A stretch of 64,000 nucleotides of DNA from Candidatus Thalassarchaeum sp. (GTDB taxonomy: Archaea > Thermoplasmatota > Poseidoniia > Poseidoniales > Thalassarchaeaceae): NCBI GenBank assembly GCA_022449945.1, contig JAKURM010000001.1:7569-71568 (forward strand), in the 5' to 3' direction. Position numbers and translations under genes: made by a program. The notes below the pieces were generated by a model. It worked only from the letters and a program-made list of their open reading frames with translations, did no database searches and was not told where the DNA came from. Positions 49,559 through 59,217 of this stretch are shown piece by piece; position 1 is the first letter of the stretch; every line of letters begins with the position of its first letter.

Positions 49559-50812
49559 CTAAGACTCTAGGATTTCTCTAACCGAAGAAACGAACTCATT
49601 CACTTCATCCATCGTGTTGTAGTGCAACACTCCAGCTCTTAGGACACCTTCTGGTTCCAAATCAAGTGCTTCGGTTAACTCTAGTGCGTAGAAATTTCCC
49701 GCCCAAGCGAAAATGCCCCTTTCGGCCAATTCCCGACATATCTCCGAGGCGCCCATCTTCGGATGAGTGAAGGATACTGTTGGTGCCCTCTCGATAATCC
49801 TCTCTGGTTCGGTAATGCCCCAAATATTGACTCCCCCAATCCCTCCTAGTCCTTCTAGCATCCTTAGGCACAGTTCACTCTCATGAGCCTCTATTGCTTC
49901 AAACGCCTTCACTAGAGCGTCTCGTCTAGAAAGCCCAACTTCACCACTGCATTCCCTACCTATCCAAGCAATGTGCTCGATCGCCGCCATTGTTCCTGAC
50001 ATCCCTTCATGACTCTGGGTTCCAGTCATCCATCTGAATGGCATTTCCTCACTAGAGACTCTGAGCTTTGCTACGGGCAACTTCGCCATCTTTTCCCCTT
50101 TCCCCCACAGTATCCCTTGATGAGGTCCGAAGAATTTGTAGGGGGAACACAGAAGATAATCGCATCCAATTCGTTCTACGTCAATTAACGAATGAGGGGC
50201 GAAATGAACTGCATCAACAACTACCTCTGCTCCGAAGTTGTGGGATATTTCCACGATTTTCCTGACATCGTTCACCGTACCAGAGAGATTTGATGCTGCT
50301 CCAACTGCCACAAGCACGGTCTTCTCCGATATCGAATCAATTACTGAATCCATGTCCAGTGTACAATCTTCTTGATTAATGTCAACTTTCCTAAGAGTGG
50401 CCCCGGACCACTCGGCAGCGAGGGACCATGGCCTGACGTTTCCATCATGGTCTAACCTAGTTACGACTACTTCGTCTCCAGGCCCCCATGTCCTGCTCAA
50501 GGCACTAGCAAGTTGGATGTTCAGGCTTGTCATATTCTGGCCGAAAACAATCTCATCTGGGTCAGAGCATCCAAGGAAGTCTGCGCAAGCTTGTAGAGTC
50601 TCAGAAATCAATTGATCCGTCTCTACAGAAGTAGCGAAAGTCATTCCAGTATTCGCATTGTGATTCAACAGGTAGTCCTTCACTGCTTCAGCGACAGAGA
50701 TTGGAACCTGGCTACCCCCGGGACCGTCAAAGAAGATCGCGCTCCTGTTGCCTACCTTTCTCTCCAAACCGGGAAAAGCCGCCCTGATTTTTGATATCGG
50801 ATACTCTCTCAA
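49559..50812 (-). CDS. Cysteine desulfurase-like class V PLP enzyme (VC1184/TIGR01976-like)
   Basis: FFDGPGGSQVP, LDHDGN..PW, DAVHFAPH, CSPYKFFGPH, GNFYA, HYNT. Confidence 0.88.
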   Translation of the reverse strand: MREYPISKIRAAFPGLERKVGNRSAIFFDGPGGSQVPISVAEAVKDYLLNHNANTGMTFATSVETDQLISETLQACADFLGCSDPDEIVFGQNMTSLNIQLASALSRTWGPGDEVVVTRLDHDGNVRPWSLAAEWSGATLRKVDINQEDCTLDMDSVIDSISEKTVLVAVGAASNLSGTVNDVRKIVEISHNFGAEVVVDAVHFAPHSLIDVERIGCDYLLCSPYKFFGPHQGILWGKGEKMAKLPVAKLRVSSEEMPFRWMTGTQSHEGMSGTMAAIEHIAWIGRECSGEVGLSRRDALVKAFEAIEAHESELCLRMLEGLGGIGGVNIWGITEPERIIERAPTVSFTHPKMGASEICRELAERGIFAWAGNFYALELTEALDLEPEGVLRAGVLHYNTMDEVNEFVSSVREILES

Positions 50813-50821
50813 ATCATCAAC

Positions 50822-52000
50822 TCATTTTGGCGAAATAGAACGGTTGATGACGATTCTCTGGACTTCCTGAGTCCCTTCGTATATCTGCGTGATTTTTGCG
50901 TCACGGAAGAATCTCTCTACTGGGAAGTCCGTAGTGTAGCCGTAACCCCCAAGAACCTGTACAGCTCTTTCCGAGACCCACATGGCCGTGTCACCGGCGA
51001 ACAACTTCGCCATACTTGCCTCTTTGGTATGCCTGGGGGCATTGTCTTCGTAGTGCCTTTGCTTGGCCCAAGCAGCCTTGTATACCATCATCCTTGCAGC
51101 CTCAGTTCTTGTTGCCATATCAGCAAGATAGTTCCCTACGCTTTGGTGGTGGGCTATCGGTTTCCCAAATGCCACCCTCTCGTGGGCATACTTAAGGGCG
51201 GACTCGTAGGCCCCTTGGGAAATTCCAAGTGCCTGTGCAGCAATGCCGATTCTTGAGTTATCTAGGGCGTTCATTGCAATAGGGAAACCCTCTCCCGGCA
51301 ACTTTAGTACGTTACCAATTGGGACTTTGCAGTCTTCTAGTAGGAGGGAGCATGTGTCACTTGAGCGAATCCCTAGCTTGTCCTCTTTCTTCCCTACAGA
51401 AAAACCGGAAAATCCCTTTTCAACGATGAATGCAGTTGTTCCGCCATGCCTCTTTTGGCCATATTCCGGGTGATCTACATCTTTGGCGAAGAGGACGTAA
51501 ATTTCTGCACTTTCGCCGTTTGTCACCCACATCTTCTCCCCATTCAGGACGTAATGAGAACCATCCTCGCTAATCTTGGCCTTGCATCCAAGAGAAGCCG
51601 CATCGGTCCCTGCCCCCGCTTCTGAGAGGGAATATGCACCAATCTCACTCCCGGCCAATCGCGGTAGGTACTCCTCTTTCTGCTTGTCATTTCCATGCAG
51701 GGCAATCGTCTTGGAACACAAGCCGACGTGAACACAGAACATCACTGAAAAAGAAGGATCAACTCTGGCTAACTCTTCAACAATTATCGCCTCTGTTATG
51801 TCATCTACCGGGTTTCCGCCGTACTGCTCAGGAATTGTAATTCCCTGCAAACCAGTGTTCTCGCAGAATGAAGCCCACTCGTCTAGTGGTGCCTTCTGAT
51901 CCCGGTCCCGCTCGAGGCACGTCGGCGCCAGCTCTTCTTCCGCGAATCCCCTGCCCATCTCTCTGATCATTCCCTGTTCTTCGGTCTCTGCGAACTCCAT
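50822..52000 (-). CDS. Acyl-CoA dehydrogenase (short/branched-chain-like)
   Basis: YSLSEAGAGTD, NGEKMWVTN, KLGIRSS, RIGIAAQ, GGYGY, RDAKITQIYEGT. Confidence 0.93.
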   Translation of the reverse strand: MEFAETEEQGMIREMGRGFAEEELAPTCLERDRDQKAPLDEWASFCENTGLQGITIPEQYGGNPVDDITEAIIVEELARVDPSFSVMFCVHVGLCSKTIALHGNDKQKEEYLPRLAGSEIGAYSLSEAGAGTDAASLGCKAKISEDGSHYVLNGEKMWVTNGESAEIYVLFAKDVDHPEYGQKRHGGTTAFIVEKGFSGFSVGKKEDKLGIRSSDTCSLLLEDCKVPIGNVLKLPGEGFPIAMNALDNSRIGIAAQALGISQGAYESALKYAHERVAFGKPIAHHQSVGNYLADMATRTEAARMMVYKAAWAKQRHYEDNAPRHTKEASMAKLFAGDTAMWVSERAVQVLGGYGYTTDFPVERFFRDAKITQIYEGTQEVQRIVINRSISPK

Positions 52001-52110
52001 TCTATCGATTCTGCGAGAGAGCAGAACCTGTTAATCTATTGTGGGTCCGGACTAGTCCCTCAATCGAATACTTCAAATTGGAATCTACCCGGCGGCCGGT
52101 CGGTATCAAA

Positions 52111-52620
52111 ATGAATGCGGGCGAATTTTTCGAATTCAGCATTGCTCACGACAGGAAATACACCCTTGATCATCTTTGGGTTCAATTGCTTGATGACGGC
52201 AAAAAGAAAGACGAAGAGGAGATGACGGTAAAGATAGGCATTAGCGAGTTCATCCGGGCGGAATTCGGCGACATAGTGAAGGTCGTTCTTTCCAAGCCAG
52301 AGGATGACAGCGAGTTCCAAGTAGAGCCCAGCGAAGAAGGCAACGACGACGATGCCATATCCTCTCCCCTTTCCAGGGGCGACGAGCTTGGAATTGATGA
52401 TTTGATGATCACAGTTCGGACAGTTGAGGACAGGGTACTGATTAATGCCCCCTTCCCATGCAAGATTGTCGAGCTGAACGGTGAGGTGGAGGACAATCCA
52501 GATCTCGTGAATGAGGAAGCATATGGGGATGGATGGTGCATGATTGTTAAGCCGCATGAATGGGACGAAGACATGCACCTTGACGAGGAAGAGTACATAG
52601 AATACCTGAATGAGATATAA
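52111..52620 (+). CDS. Glycine cleavage H-protein-like protein lacking the lipoyl lysine
   Basis: YT.DH.WV, IGISEF...GDIV.V, AP...I.E.N..V...P.LVN...YG.GW; the ESVK motif is replaced by RTVE. Confidence 0.8.
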   Translation: MNAGEFFEFSIAHDRKYTLDHLWVQLLDDGKKKDEEEMTVKIGISEFIRAEFGDIVKVVLSKPEDDSEFQVEPSEEGNDDDAISSPLSRGDELGIDDLMITVRTVEDRVLINAPFPCKIVELNGEVEDNPDLVNEEAYGDGWCMIVKPHEWDEDMHLDEEEYIEYLNEI

Positions 52621-53898
52621 TCAGGGCCACGAGAGGTTTTTCCATTTCTCTGGATCCTCTTCCTTCCAGTCGATTTCCTCCAAGAGTTCCAGAACCTGTT
52701 CTGAACTCGGCAGGTCTTCCTCTATTTGCCTACGGTGCAACCACCCCTTTAGTTTCCCAAGGCGTCTTCCGGGCTCAAGTCCAGTGACTTCGGATAGAAT
52801 ATTTCCGTCTATTAGTGGAGAATTTCCGGCGGAATTTTCCGGTAATGAATTGATGGCATCCTCCATCTCCATGGCATTTTTCCCCAATCCTTCGGAATAA
52901 AATAATAATTCTCGTTGTAGGTATTCGGGCAGAAAAGTTCTGAATCTTCTGACGCTCCCGGGAGATAAGTCGAAGTCAACGTTTTTTGTATCATGTAGGA
53001 AACTTATGGAAAGGGAATCATCATTAGAAATCTTGAGTAATTCTCTGAGGGTAAGTGACAATTCCTTTCCCGAATTTTCCTCAGGACTGCAAAGTAGGGC
53101 CAGGTTAACCCTCGGATTGTTAGAAAATTCCAAACCACAATCATGATCAATATCGGGCAATATTGAGTCCAAAATCCCATGTTCACCCATCAGTTCCAGA
53201 ATCTGTTTCACATTCCCCCCAGAGAGAATCATGCATAGTTCGCTCCAAATCCTCTCCTTTGAGACTCTTTCTAGCATTTGGACATTTGACCTGATTGCAT
53301 CACTTAGGGCTCGGTCAAGTGTTCGCATCCCTCCTTCTGAGTCATCAAGAAATCTGAATGCCCTCATAATCCTGAGGCCGTCCTCTGAAATTCTATCAGC
53401 GGCGTTTCCTACTGTTCGAATGACTCCAGCCCCTAGATCTTCCATTCCCCTTCCTTCGATGTCAATAATCTCCCCATTTTGGCTGATAGCCATTGCATTG
53501 ATTGTGAAATCGCGCCTGGACAGATCAACAAGGATGTCATCCCCAAAAGATACGTTATCGGGCCTCCTGCCATCTCCGTATCCGCCATCGCTTCGAAGGG
53601 TTGTCACTTCCCATATCCCTTCATTCGACTCCTCTTCTAGTCTAACAATCACAGTCCCATACTCCTCACCAACTAACAGTGTCCGAGGGAAAATTTCCTT
53701 GACTTCATCGGGCTTTAGCGTGGTCGCTATGTCTAAACATCCGCTTACATCCCTGCCCGAGAGAAAATCCCTGACCCATCCTCCCACAATCCAAGCTTTA
53801 CCATGTTCCCATATTTTTCCAAGTACCATTAGGTCATCATCCCCAAGGAACTCCCCAATTTCGACCTCCAATACTGGCACCTTCGCTTCACCGCGCAT
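52621..53898 (-). CDS. Class II (bacterial-type) CCA/poly(A) polymerase family nucleotidyltransferase
   Basis: VGGWVRD, LDIAT, EVTTLR, RRDFTINAMA, EDGLRIMRAFRF, SKERIWSE, G...GRRLG. Confidence 0.88.
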   Translation of the reverse strand: MRGEAKVPVLEVEIGEFLGDDDLMVLGKIWEHGKAWIVGGWVRDFLSGRDVSGCLDIATTLKPDEVKEIFPRTLLVGEEYGTVIVRLEEESNEGIWEVTTLRSDGGYGDGRRPDNVSFGDDILVDLSRRDFTINAMAISQNGEIIDIEGRGMEDLGAGVIRTVGNAADRISEDGLRIMRAFRFLDDSEGGMRTLDRALSDAIRSNVQMLERVSKERIWSELCMILSGGNVKQILELMGEHGILDSILPDIDHDCGLEFSNNPRVNLALLCSPEENSGKELSLTLRELLKISNDDSLSISFLHDTKNVDFDLSPGSVRRFRTFLPEYLQRELLFYSEGLGKNAMEMEDAINSLPENSAGNSPLIDGNILSEVTGLEPGRRLGKLKGWLHRRQIEEDLPSSEQVLELLEEIDWKEEDPEKWKNLSWP

Positions 53899-53936
53899 GG
53901 GAGCAGATATATTGAGTCACGGCTCCTGCGGGCCCT

Positions 53937-54347
53937 GTGAAGGTCGAATTGGTACCAGTGGAGATATTGCGCCCACACGAGCAAACCATCCCAAAAAAGG
54001 TCGACGAACTGGAGAAAATGACACATCGCTGGAAGGCGTACGTTCTGCCATTGGTCGTAGATAAAAACACAGGCGTGATTCTTGATGGCCACCATAGGCA
54101 CCAAGTTGCCCTGCGACTAGGTCTTCAATGCCTTCCATGTGTTCTCGTGGACTACCTTGGCGATTCTTCGGTTGAGCTTGGAGTATGGCCAAATTGCGGC
54201 CGAGAATCTTTGACAAAGCAAGAGGTAATCCAGGCAGGATTGGAAGAGGGGCTATTCTCTCCGAAGACCAGCAGGCACAGGCTGTCCGATCACCTTCCCC
54301 CAATATCGGTACCATTGACGCGTTTGCTTCTTCCAGCAGTAAACTAG
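53937..54347 (+). CDS. Stand-alone ParB/sulfiredoxin-like (SerK-related) domain protein
   Basis: LRPHE, PLVVD, ILDGHHR, VDY, PKTSRH. Confidence 0.8.
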   Translation: MKVELVPVEILRPHEQTIPKKVDELEKMTHRWKAYVLPLVVDKNTGVILDGHHRHQVALRLGLQCLPCVLVDYLGDSSVELGVWPNCGRESLTKQEVIQAGLEEGLFSPKTSRHRLSDHLPPISVPLTRLLLPAVN

Positions 54348-54357
54348 TAACATTCCA

Positions 54358-55350
54358 CTAGGGAACCAGGTCCTCGTGACCACCAAAGAAATCCCCAATC
54401 TCTACCTCAGGAGCTCCCGGACTCTCTAATTCAATTGCCAAGAATTCGCTGAAAAATGGCCATAGTGGACCAAGCCACTCTATCTCCGACATCAGCAAGT
54501 CAACAACGGGATGCTCCATCACATCTTCTTCAGTAGAGTCCTCATCTAACGAGGGTAGGTCATCTGGCATCTCTCTGAGGGACTGTACCAAATCGCAAAC
54601 CCTTGCGACAGTGTCTTCTTCTATCTCAATCAGTCCCCCAACTAGATTGAGCGCATCTTCTATGTGGTCTGCCAATGATTCAGGGTCCAATGCGCCCCTC
54701 TCTGACTCGCCAACATCCATGGGGCCAAATACGACTCCTCCGAGATCCGTATCGTACCAGTTATCGCCCTGCCTTTCCTTCTTTGTTAGCCTCTGGTGCA
54801 CTGGTCCTCCAAACGGACCAAGGATGAAACCTCCGTCCTGCACTAGGTGATCAATACCCAATGGAACAGTCCTAACTGCTCCTGTGATCAGTACCCTATC
54901 GACGGCTCGATCCATCTCATCATTGCTTTCCAAGTCAACCGGTCGAAGGACTCTCACTAAGGAAGACGAGGGATAAAACTCCAACCTCTCTTCCGTGTGA
55001 AGCCTAACTTCGTCATGTGGCTCGATTATTGTGATGGCGCCACTTGGCCCGACAATCGAATCTACTAGTGCCGCTAGGTAGCCACCCTTAGACCCCACAA
55101 TTAGGGTGTGTTGACCCTCCTGAATCTCCAAGTGATGCAAGAGTGTCACAATCATGTGCGGGGCCGAAATGGTTCTTGTCGCACCATTACTGGTGAATTG
55201 GAATGGAACAGGCCTATCATGCCAGAATGGCTCCAAGTTGAAGTCAGTGAAAATTGAAGGTTCGACATCTTCCATCGCCTCTGCAATCTCCTCATCCAAC
55301 GGTACACCGGCGTTCCTCAGCCTCTCGAGCAACTCAGACATCATCCCCAT
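54358..55350 (-). CDS. Protein-L-isoaspartate O-methyltransferase-like protein with acidic C-terminal extension
   Basis: TISAPHM, GSKGGY, DRVLITGAV, GG..LGP.G, V.FGPM. Confidence 0.75.
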   Translation of the reverse strand: MGMMSELLERLRNAGVPLDEEIAEAMEDVEPSIFTDFNLEPFWHDRPVPFQFTSNGATRTISAPHMIVTLLHHLEIQEGQHTLIVGSKGGYLAALVDSIVGPSGAITIIEPHDEVRLHTEERLEFYPSSSLVRVLRPVDLESNDEMDRAVDRVLITGAVRTVPLGIDHLVQDGGFILGPFGGPVHQRLTKKERQGDNWYDTDLGGVVFGPMDVGESERGALDPESLADHIEDALNLVGGLIEIEEDTVARVCDLVQSLREMPDDLPSLDEDSTEEDVMEHPVVDLLMSEIEWLGPLWPFFSEFLAIELESPGAPEVEIGDFFGGHEDLVP

Positions 55351-55414
55351 CGGCCCCCTCAGATTGAATAAATGACCATAGGGGATTTGAATGCATTGCC
55401 CCTCGGCCCTCTCA

Positions 55415-55490
55415 GGGTCCGTGGTCTAGGGGTTATGACGTCGCTCTTACAAAGCGAAGATCGCAGGTTCAATTCCTGCCGGACCCACCA
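55415..55490 (+). tRNA. tRNA-Val(TAC), encoded CCA
   Basis: GGGTCCG...TCGCT-CT-TAC-AA-AGCGA...GCAGGTTCAATTCCTGC-CGGACCC-A-CCA. Confidence 0.95.
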
Positions 55491-55578
55491 ATAATACGTG
55501 ATTTTTGGCAGTTTCCTCTATTATTGTCCCCTCGTTTATACTGAAAAGGTCCAATAGTGAATGCCATGACAGTATTTT

Positions 55579-56271
55579 GTGGTCGAGGAGACAGCGGCCC
55601 TAGCGTCAAGGTTGACGCGACGCCTCCGCAAGAGAGGTTGGACCATATCCACAGCTGAATCCTGCACAGGGGGTTTGATTGCCTCATTACTCACTGATAT
55701 CTCCGGCGCTAGCGCTTGGTTCGTTCAGGGATGGATTGTCTATTCCAATGAGTCAAAGATGAGAGAACTAGGAGTCGAAAAGTCCGCCTTCGACAATGGA
55801 GAATCAGGTGCCGTTTCTCACAAAGTTGCAGTGCAGATGGCAAGGGGTGCAAGGTACAAGTCTGGGTCTAATCTGGCAATAGCAGTTACTGGGATTGCAG
55901 GTCCTAGTGGTTCTGAAACAGGAAAGGAGGTTGGCAGAGTCCATGTCGCTGTAATCGCCGAGGATTACTTCTTAGTTAGAAGAATGGACTTTGGGGAGAA
56001 TGATCGTTTGGACAATAAGAGGTCATTTGCTGCATTTGCCCTCAGGCTGGCAATAGAGGCCCTTGACCGGGTTGGGGACGGGGAAAAACGGGCTACTTCA
56101 CTCAGCGTGGGCCCTTCAACCACCGATGAATTACCAATCGAAGAGACGGATGACATTGAATTGGGTACAGAAGAATGGGAGGGGGCGATTTCCTGGGGTT
56201 CAGAGAAGAAGACTGTTTCCCAGTCCCTGAAAAAGATAGACCTAGCATCGTTGATTGATTGGGACGAGTAG
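55579..56271 (+). CDS. CinA/PncC family NMN deamidase with acidic tail
   Basis: TAESCTGG, GAS..F, YSNESK, GAVS..VA..MA.GA, TGIAGP. Confidence 0.9.
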   Translation: MVEETAALASRLTRRLRKRGWTISTAESCTGGLIASLLTDISGASAWFVQGWIVYSNESKMRELGVEKSAFDNGESGAVSHKVAVQMARGARYKSGSNLAIAVTGIAGPSGSETGKEVGRVHVAVIAEDYFLVRRMDFGENDRLDNKRSFAAFALRLAIEALDRVGDGEKRATSLSVGPSTTDELPIEETDDIELGTEEWEGAISWGSEKKTVSQSLKKIDLASLIDWDE

Positions 56272-56309
56272 CAATGACAACGAGGTAATCGATACCATCA
56301 AGGGCGTCC

Positions 56310-57944
56310 GTGACCGACGTCGGCTCCATGACCTCGACAGGCTGGCAAGAGACGTGCCAGACTTTGGCAGCAGCCGGCCTAGTAGTCCAGGCAAGTGCGC
56401 GAAAGGAGATAGAGGGCCTTAACAGCCTAATTCCCTTAATTGAAGCGGCAAACTCATCAGGAGTAAGGCTACTGAATGATAGTACTGTGGGAGATCTTCT
56501 GGCGATAGCCCCCAAAGAAACAGATGAGCCAATGCAAAAGGCCCCAAAGCTATCGCAGGTAACTCTGTCCGACTCAGACAGCCCGTCTCCCATCGGTAGG
56601 GTACTAGCACCGGTAGGCGATACATCGACATCACCCCAACCCCGTCCTCACGGATCATCGAATTATAGCATCGAAGACTTTCCCATGGCCGCCAGTGAGG
56701 TTGACTCTGAAATCGAGATACACTTCGACATTACGGGGAAATCCACTACCGAAGGCACACTGGGTGACATGCAATCTTGCTTCAGAAGCAGACTGTCCCA
56801 GATTCGAAACATCATGATTTCTCAAAGGGTATTGCCAAGGAGGCCAATAAACAACTCAGAGGCTTGGAGGAACAGGCAGAGGCACAACTCCAAAGACTAC
56901 GAGATTACAATAGTTGGCCTCGTTAGTGAGGTCCGGTGGGCTCGAAGTGGCAGCCTGATGTTCGACGTCGAAGACGAAACTACTAGGATTGGTTGCATAC
57001 TCAAACCACCATCTGATGCTTCCCCCCTCCATCCCTCGATGGACGGGCTGATGGATGATGAGATAGTTGGCGTAAGCGGGAATTTCCTTTCCGGCGAGAG
57101 AGACACCAAGTTCTTTGTCAGAGACATCCACAAACCACCACTCGGAAACCATTCCAAAGCACAGGCAGGCAATGCTTCGGCCGTCTCGGCCGCATTCCTT
57201 TCTGATGTCCATCTCGGGAGTAAGACGTTTCTGACTTCTCAATGGGGGAAGATGATTCATTGGTTCAACAACGATCCTCTGGCCCGTACTGTGAAGTATT
57301 TCGTCCTGAGCGGGGATGGGGTTGATGGCGTAGGAATCTACCCCGGTCAAGAGAGGCATCTGACGATCAAAGATCTCTTCAAACAATACTCGGAGCTTGC
57401 AAGGATGCTCGAGGAGATTCCCGATTGGGTGGATGTTGTCATGCTTCCCGGAAATCATGATGCTGTAAGGCCAGCAGAACCCCAGCCAGCACTAGATCCC
57501 GAGGTCCAGCAGGACTACTCAAATACGGTCTTCGTAGGGAATCCATGCGACTTCAGCTTACATGGCGTTAGGGTGCTATCCTATCACGGAAAGAGCATTG
57601 ATGACTTCGTTGCGACCCTTCGTTCCGTTACCTATTCCAGGCCCGAGATGGCGATGAAGGCCATGCTCGAGAGGAGGCATCTGGCTCCCTCATGGGGGGG
57701 AAAGACTCCACTTTCACCGGAACCCGAAGATAGGCTAGTAATACCTGTAATTCCCGATATATTCGTGACTGGGCATGTTCATGGGCACTTCGTCGGAAAC
57801 CACAAGGGCACCACAATGGTCCACAGCTCCACATGGCAGGATCAAACAGATTTCCAGAGGATGCTCGGATTCCAGCCAAAGCCATGCGTGTTGACAGTAG
57901 TCAATCTCCATACTTATGCTACAGCTTCAATCAACTTCGTGTAA
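56310..57944 (+). CDS. polD1: DNA polymerase D small (proofreading) subunit DP1
   Basis: F.SR, OB fold, SDVHLGS, GD.VDGVGIYPGQ, PGNHDAVRPAEPQP, YHG.S.DD, RHLAP, GHVH, WQ.QT.FQ. Confidence 0.95.
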   Translation: MTDVGSMTSTGWQETCQTLAAAGLVVQASARKEIEGLNSLIPLIEAANSSGVRLLNDSTVGDLLAIAPKETDEPMQKAPKLSQVTLSDSDSPSPIGRVLAPVGDTSTSPQPRPHGSSNYSIEDFPMAASEVDSEIEIHFDITGKSTTEGTLGDMQSCFRSRLSQIRNIMISQRVLPRRPINNSEAWRNRQRHNSKDYEITIVGLVSEVRWARSGSLMFDVEDETTRIGCILKPPSDASPLHPSMDGLMDDEIVGVSGNFLSGERDTKFFVRDIHKPPLGNHSKAQAGNASAVSAAFLSDVHLGSKTFLTSQWGKMIHWFNNDPLARTVKYFVLSGDGVDGVGIYPGQERHLTIKDLFKQYSELARMLEEIPDWVDVVMLPGNHDAVRPAEPQPALDPEVQQDYSNTVFVGNPCDFSLHGVRVLSYHGKSIDDFVATLRSVTYSRPEMAMKAMLERRHLAPSWGGKTPLSPEPEDRLVIPVIPDIFVTGHVHGHFVGNHKGTTMVHSSTWQDQTDFQRMLGFQPKPCVLTVVNLHTYATASINFV

Positions 57945-58611
57945 AGAAATCCACTTCTTCAGGAAAAAGATAGGGCCAGATTCCCCTCAGATCCTTGCCC
58001 TCTACAATCGGCACACCAGCTTCTCCAAAGGCCAGAAAGGCCCTCTCTCGAGCTGGATTGAAGCCAATAAATCTAGAATTACCAACTTTCATTGAAAGAT
58101 CAGTACTGGAGTCCCCGACCGATACAACTGCCGAATCGTTGAATTCATTTATTCGAACCATTTTCTCGACCATCAGACCTTTGTTGTGCGAGAAAACCCT
58201 CGTGGGAACTCCTCCGACCAACCACCCTCCATCGTCCCATTCGAACCCATTTGAGGCCCAATCGTCTACCTTCAGCATACTTGCTATTGCCCCAACAAAC
58301 AAATCAACCCCGGATGAGATTATTGCCACGTAAACCCCTCTAGACTGCAGCTCCTCGACAACTTCTCTTGCACCCTCCATCAGTTGTGCCCCACTGTAGC
58401 AACGCATGATGTCGTCCCTGTGTATGGAAGGTCGAACTTCTCTCCATTTTCGAATGTCGTCCTCTACAAAATCGGCCTCGGAGATTCTCCCGTCAAGGAA
58501 AATCTGCAGCGTTTCCTCGTTTTCCGTGCCGAATTCTCTGTGAATCGCCTCCCACGAAGACCCGTTGTCGGCAAGCACACCATCACAGTCAAAGGCCACG
58601 GCCTGAATCAT
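57931..58611 (-). CDS. HAD-IB family phosphatase (phosphoserine phosphatase-like)
   Basis: FDCDGVL, ISSG, K, VGDSSTD. Confidence 0.85.
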   Translation of the reverse strand: MIQAVAFDCDGVLADNGSSWEAIHREFGTENEETLQIFLDGRISEADFVEDDIRKWREVRPSIHRDDIMRCYSGAQLMEGAREVVEELQSRGVYVAIISSGVDLFVGAIASMLKVDDWASNGFEWDDGGWLVGGVPTRVFSHNKGLMVEKMVRINEFNDSAVVSVGDSSTDLSMKVGNSRFIGFNPARERAFLAFGEAGVPIVEGKDLRGIWPYLFPEEVDFFTRS

Positions 58612-58688
58612 AGTAACTAAACAATGGTCTAGTTGGCGGCTAATAATTCGACAGGTGAGTTGATTTCACACCTCTTTCTCCGCCGATT

Positions 58689-58955
58689 GTGGACGACAAC
58701 CAAATACAGAAAAGGGCAATCAAGGTGAGGATGCTATTTTTCGGTCCATTGGTGGAGAAGATGGGCTCACGTGAGATAGAGGTCCCCCTCAACGAAGGGA
58801 CAACTCTCCTGGAGCTCGCCGAAAAATTTCATCTTTCCAAACTGATTGGTAGCGGACTAAGAATCGCCATAGATGGGGAGATAACTGAGAAATTGGACCA
58901 ACCCCTTGCCGACGCTGCCGAAATCGCCTTCCTCCCTCCGGTTTCGGGCGGTTAG
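58689..58955 (+). CDS. MoaD/ThiS/SAMP ubiquitin-like protein
   Basis: Beta-grasp pattern ending EIAFLPPVSGG. Confidence 0.9.
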   Translation: MDDNQIQKRAIKVRMLFFGPLVEKMGSREIEVPLNEGTTLLELAEKFHLSKLIGSGLRIAIDGEITEKLDQPLADAAEIAFLPPVSGG

Positions 58956-59010
58956 CAGATTTCTAGGCCGAAGCATTTGAACGGAATAGCCCACACCTGG
59001 GACCGATAAC

Positions 59011-59217
59011 ATGGCGCTTGGCACGGTCGAGATAGGCATCCTTGCAATAATTGCGATTTTCCTTTTTGGGGCCAATAAGATCCCTCAACTGGCCCGGAGT
59101 GTCGGTTTGGCAAAGGGCGAGTATCAAAAGGCACTCAGCGAATCCTCAGCGAGTGAGGCAATGAGTGACATGGATAGGGGCGGAATGACGGAAGATATCG
59201 CCTCAGAGCAAGAGTGA
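59011..59217 (+). CDS. tatA: Twin-arginine translocase TatA
   Basis: G..E..I....LFGANKIPQLARSVG....EY. Confidence 0.92.
   Translation: MALGTVEIGILAIIAIFLFGANKIPQLARSVGLAKGEYQKALSESSASEAMSDMDRGGMTEDIASEQE

Noticed and set aside
53231-54064. 277-aa + strand ORF
   Set aside because: Antisense shadow of the nucleotidyltransferase gene.
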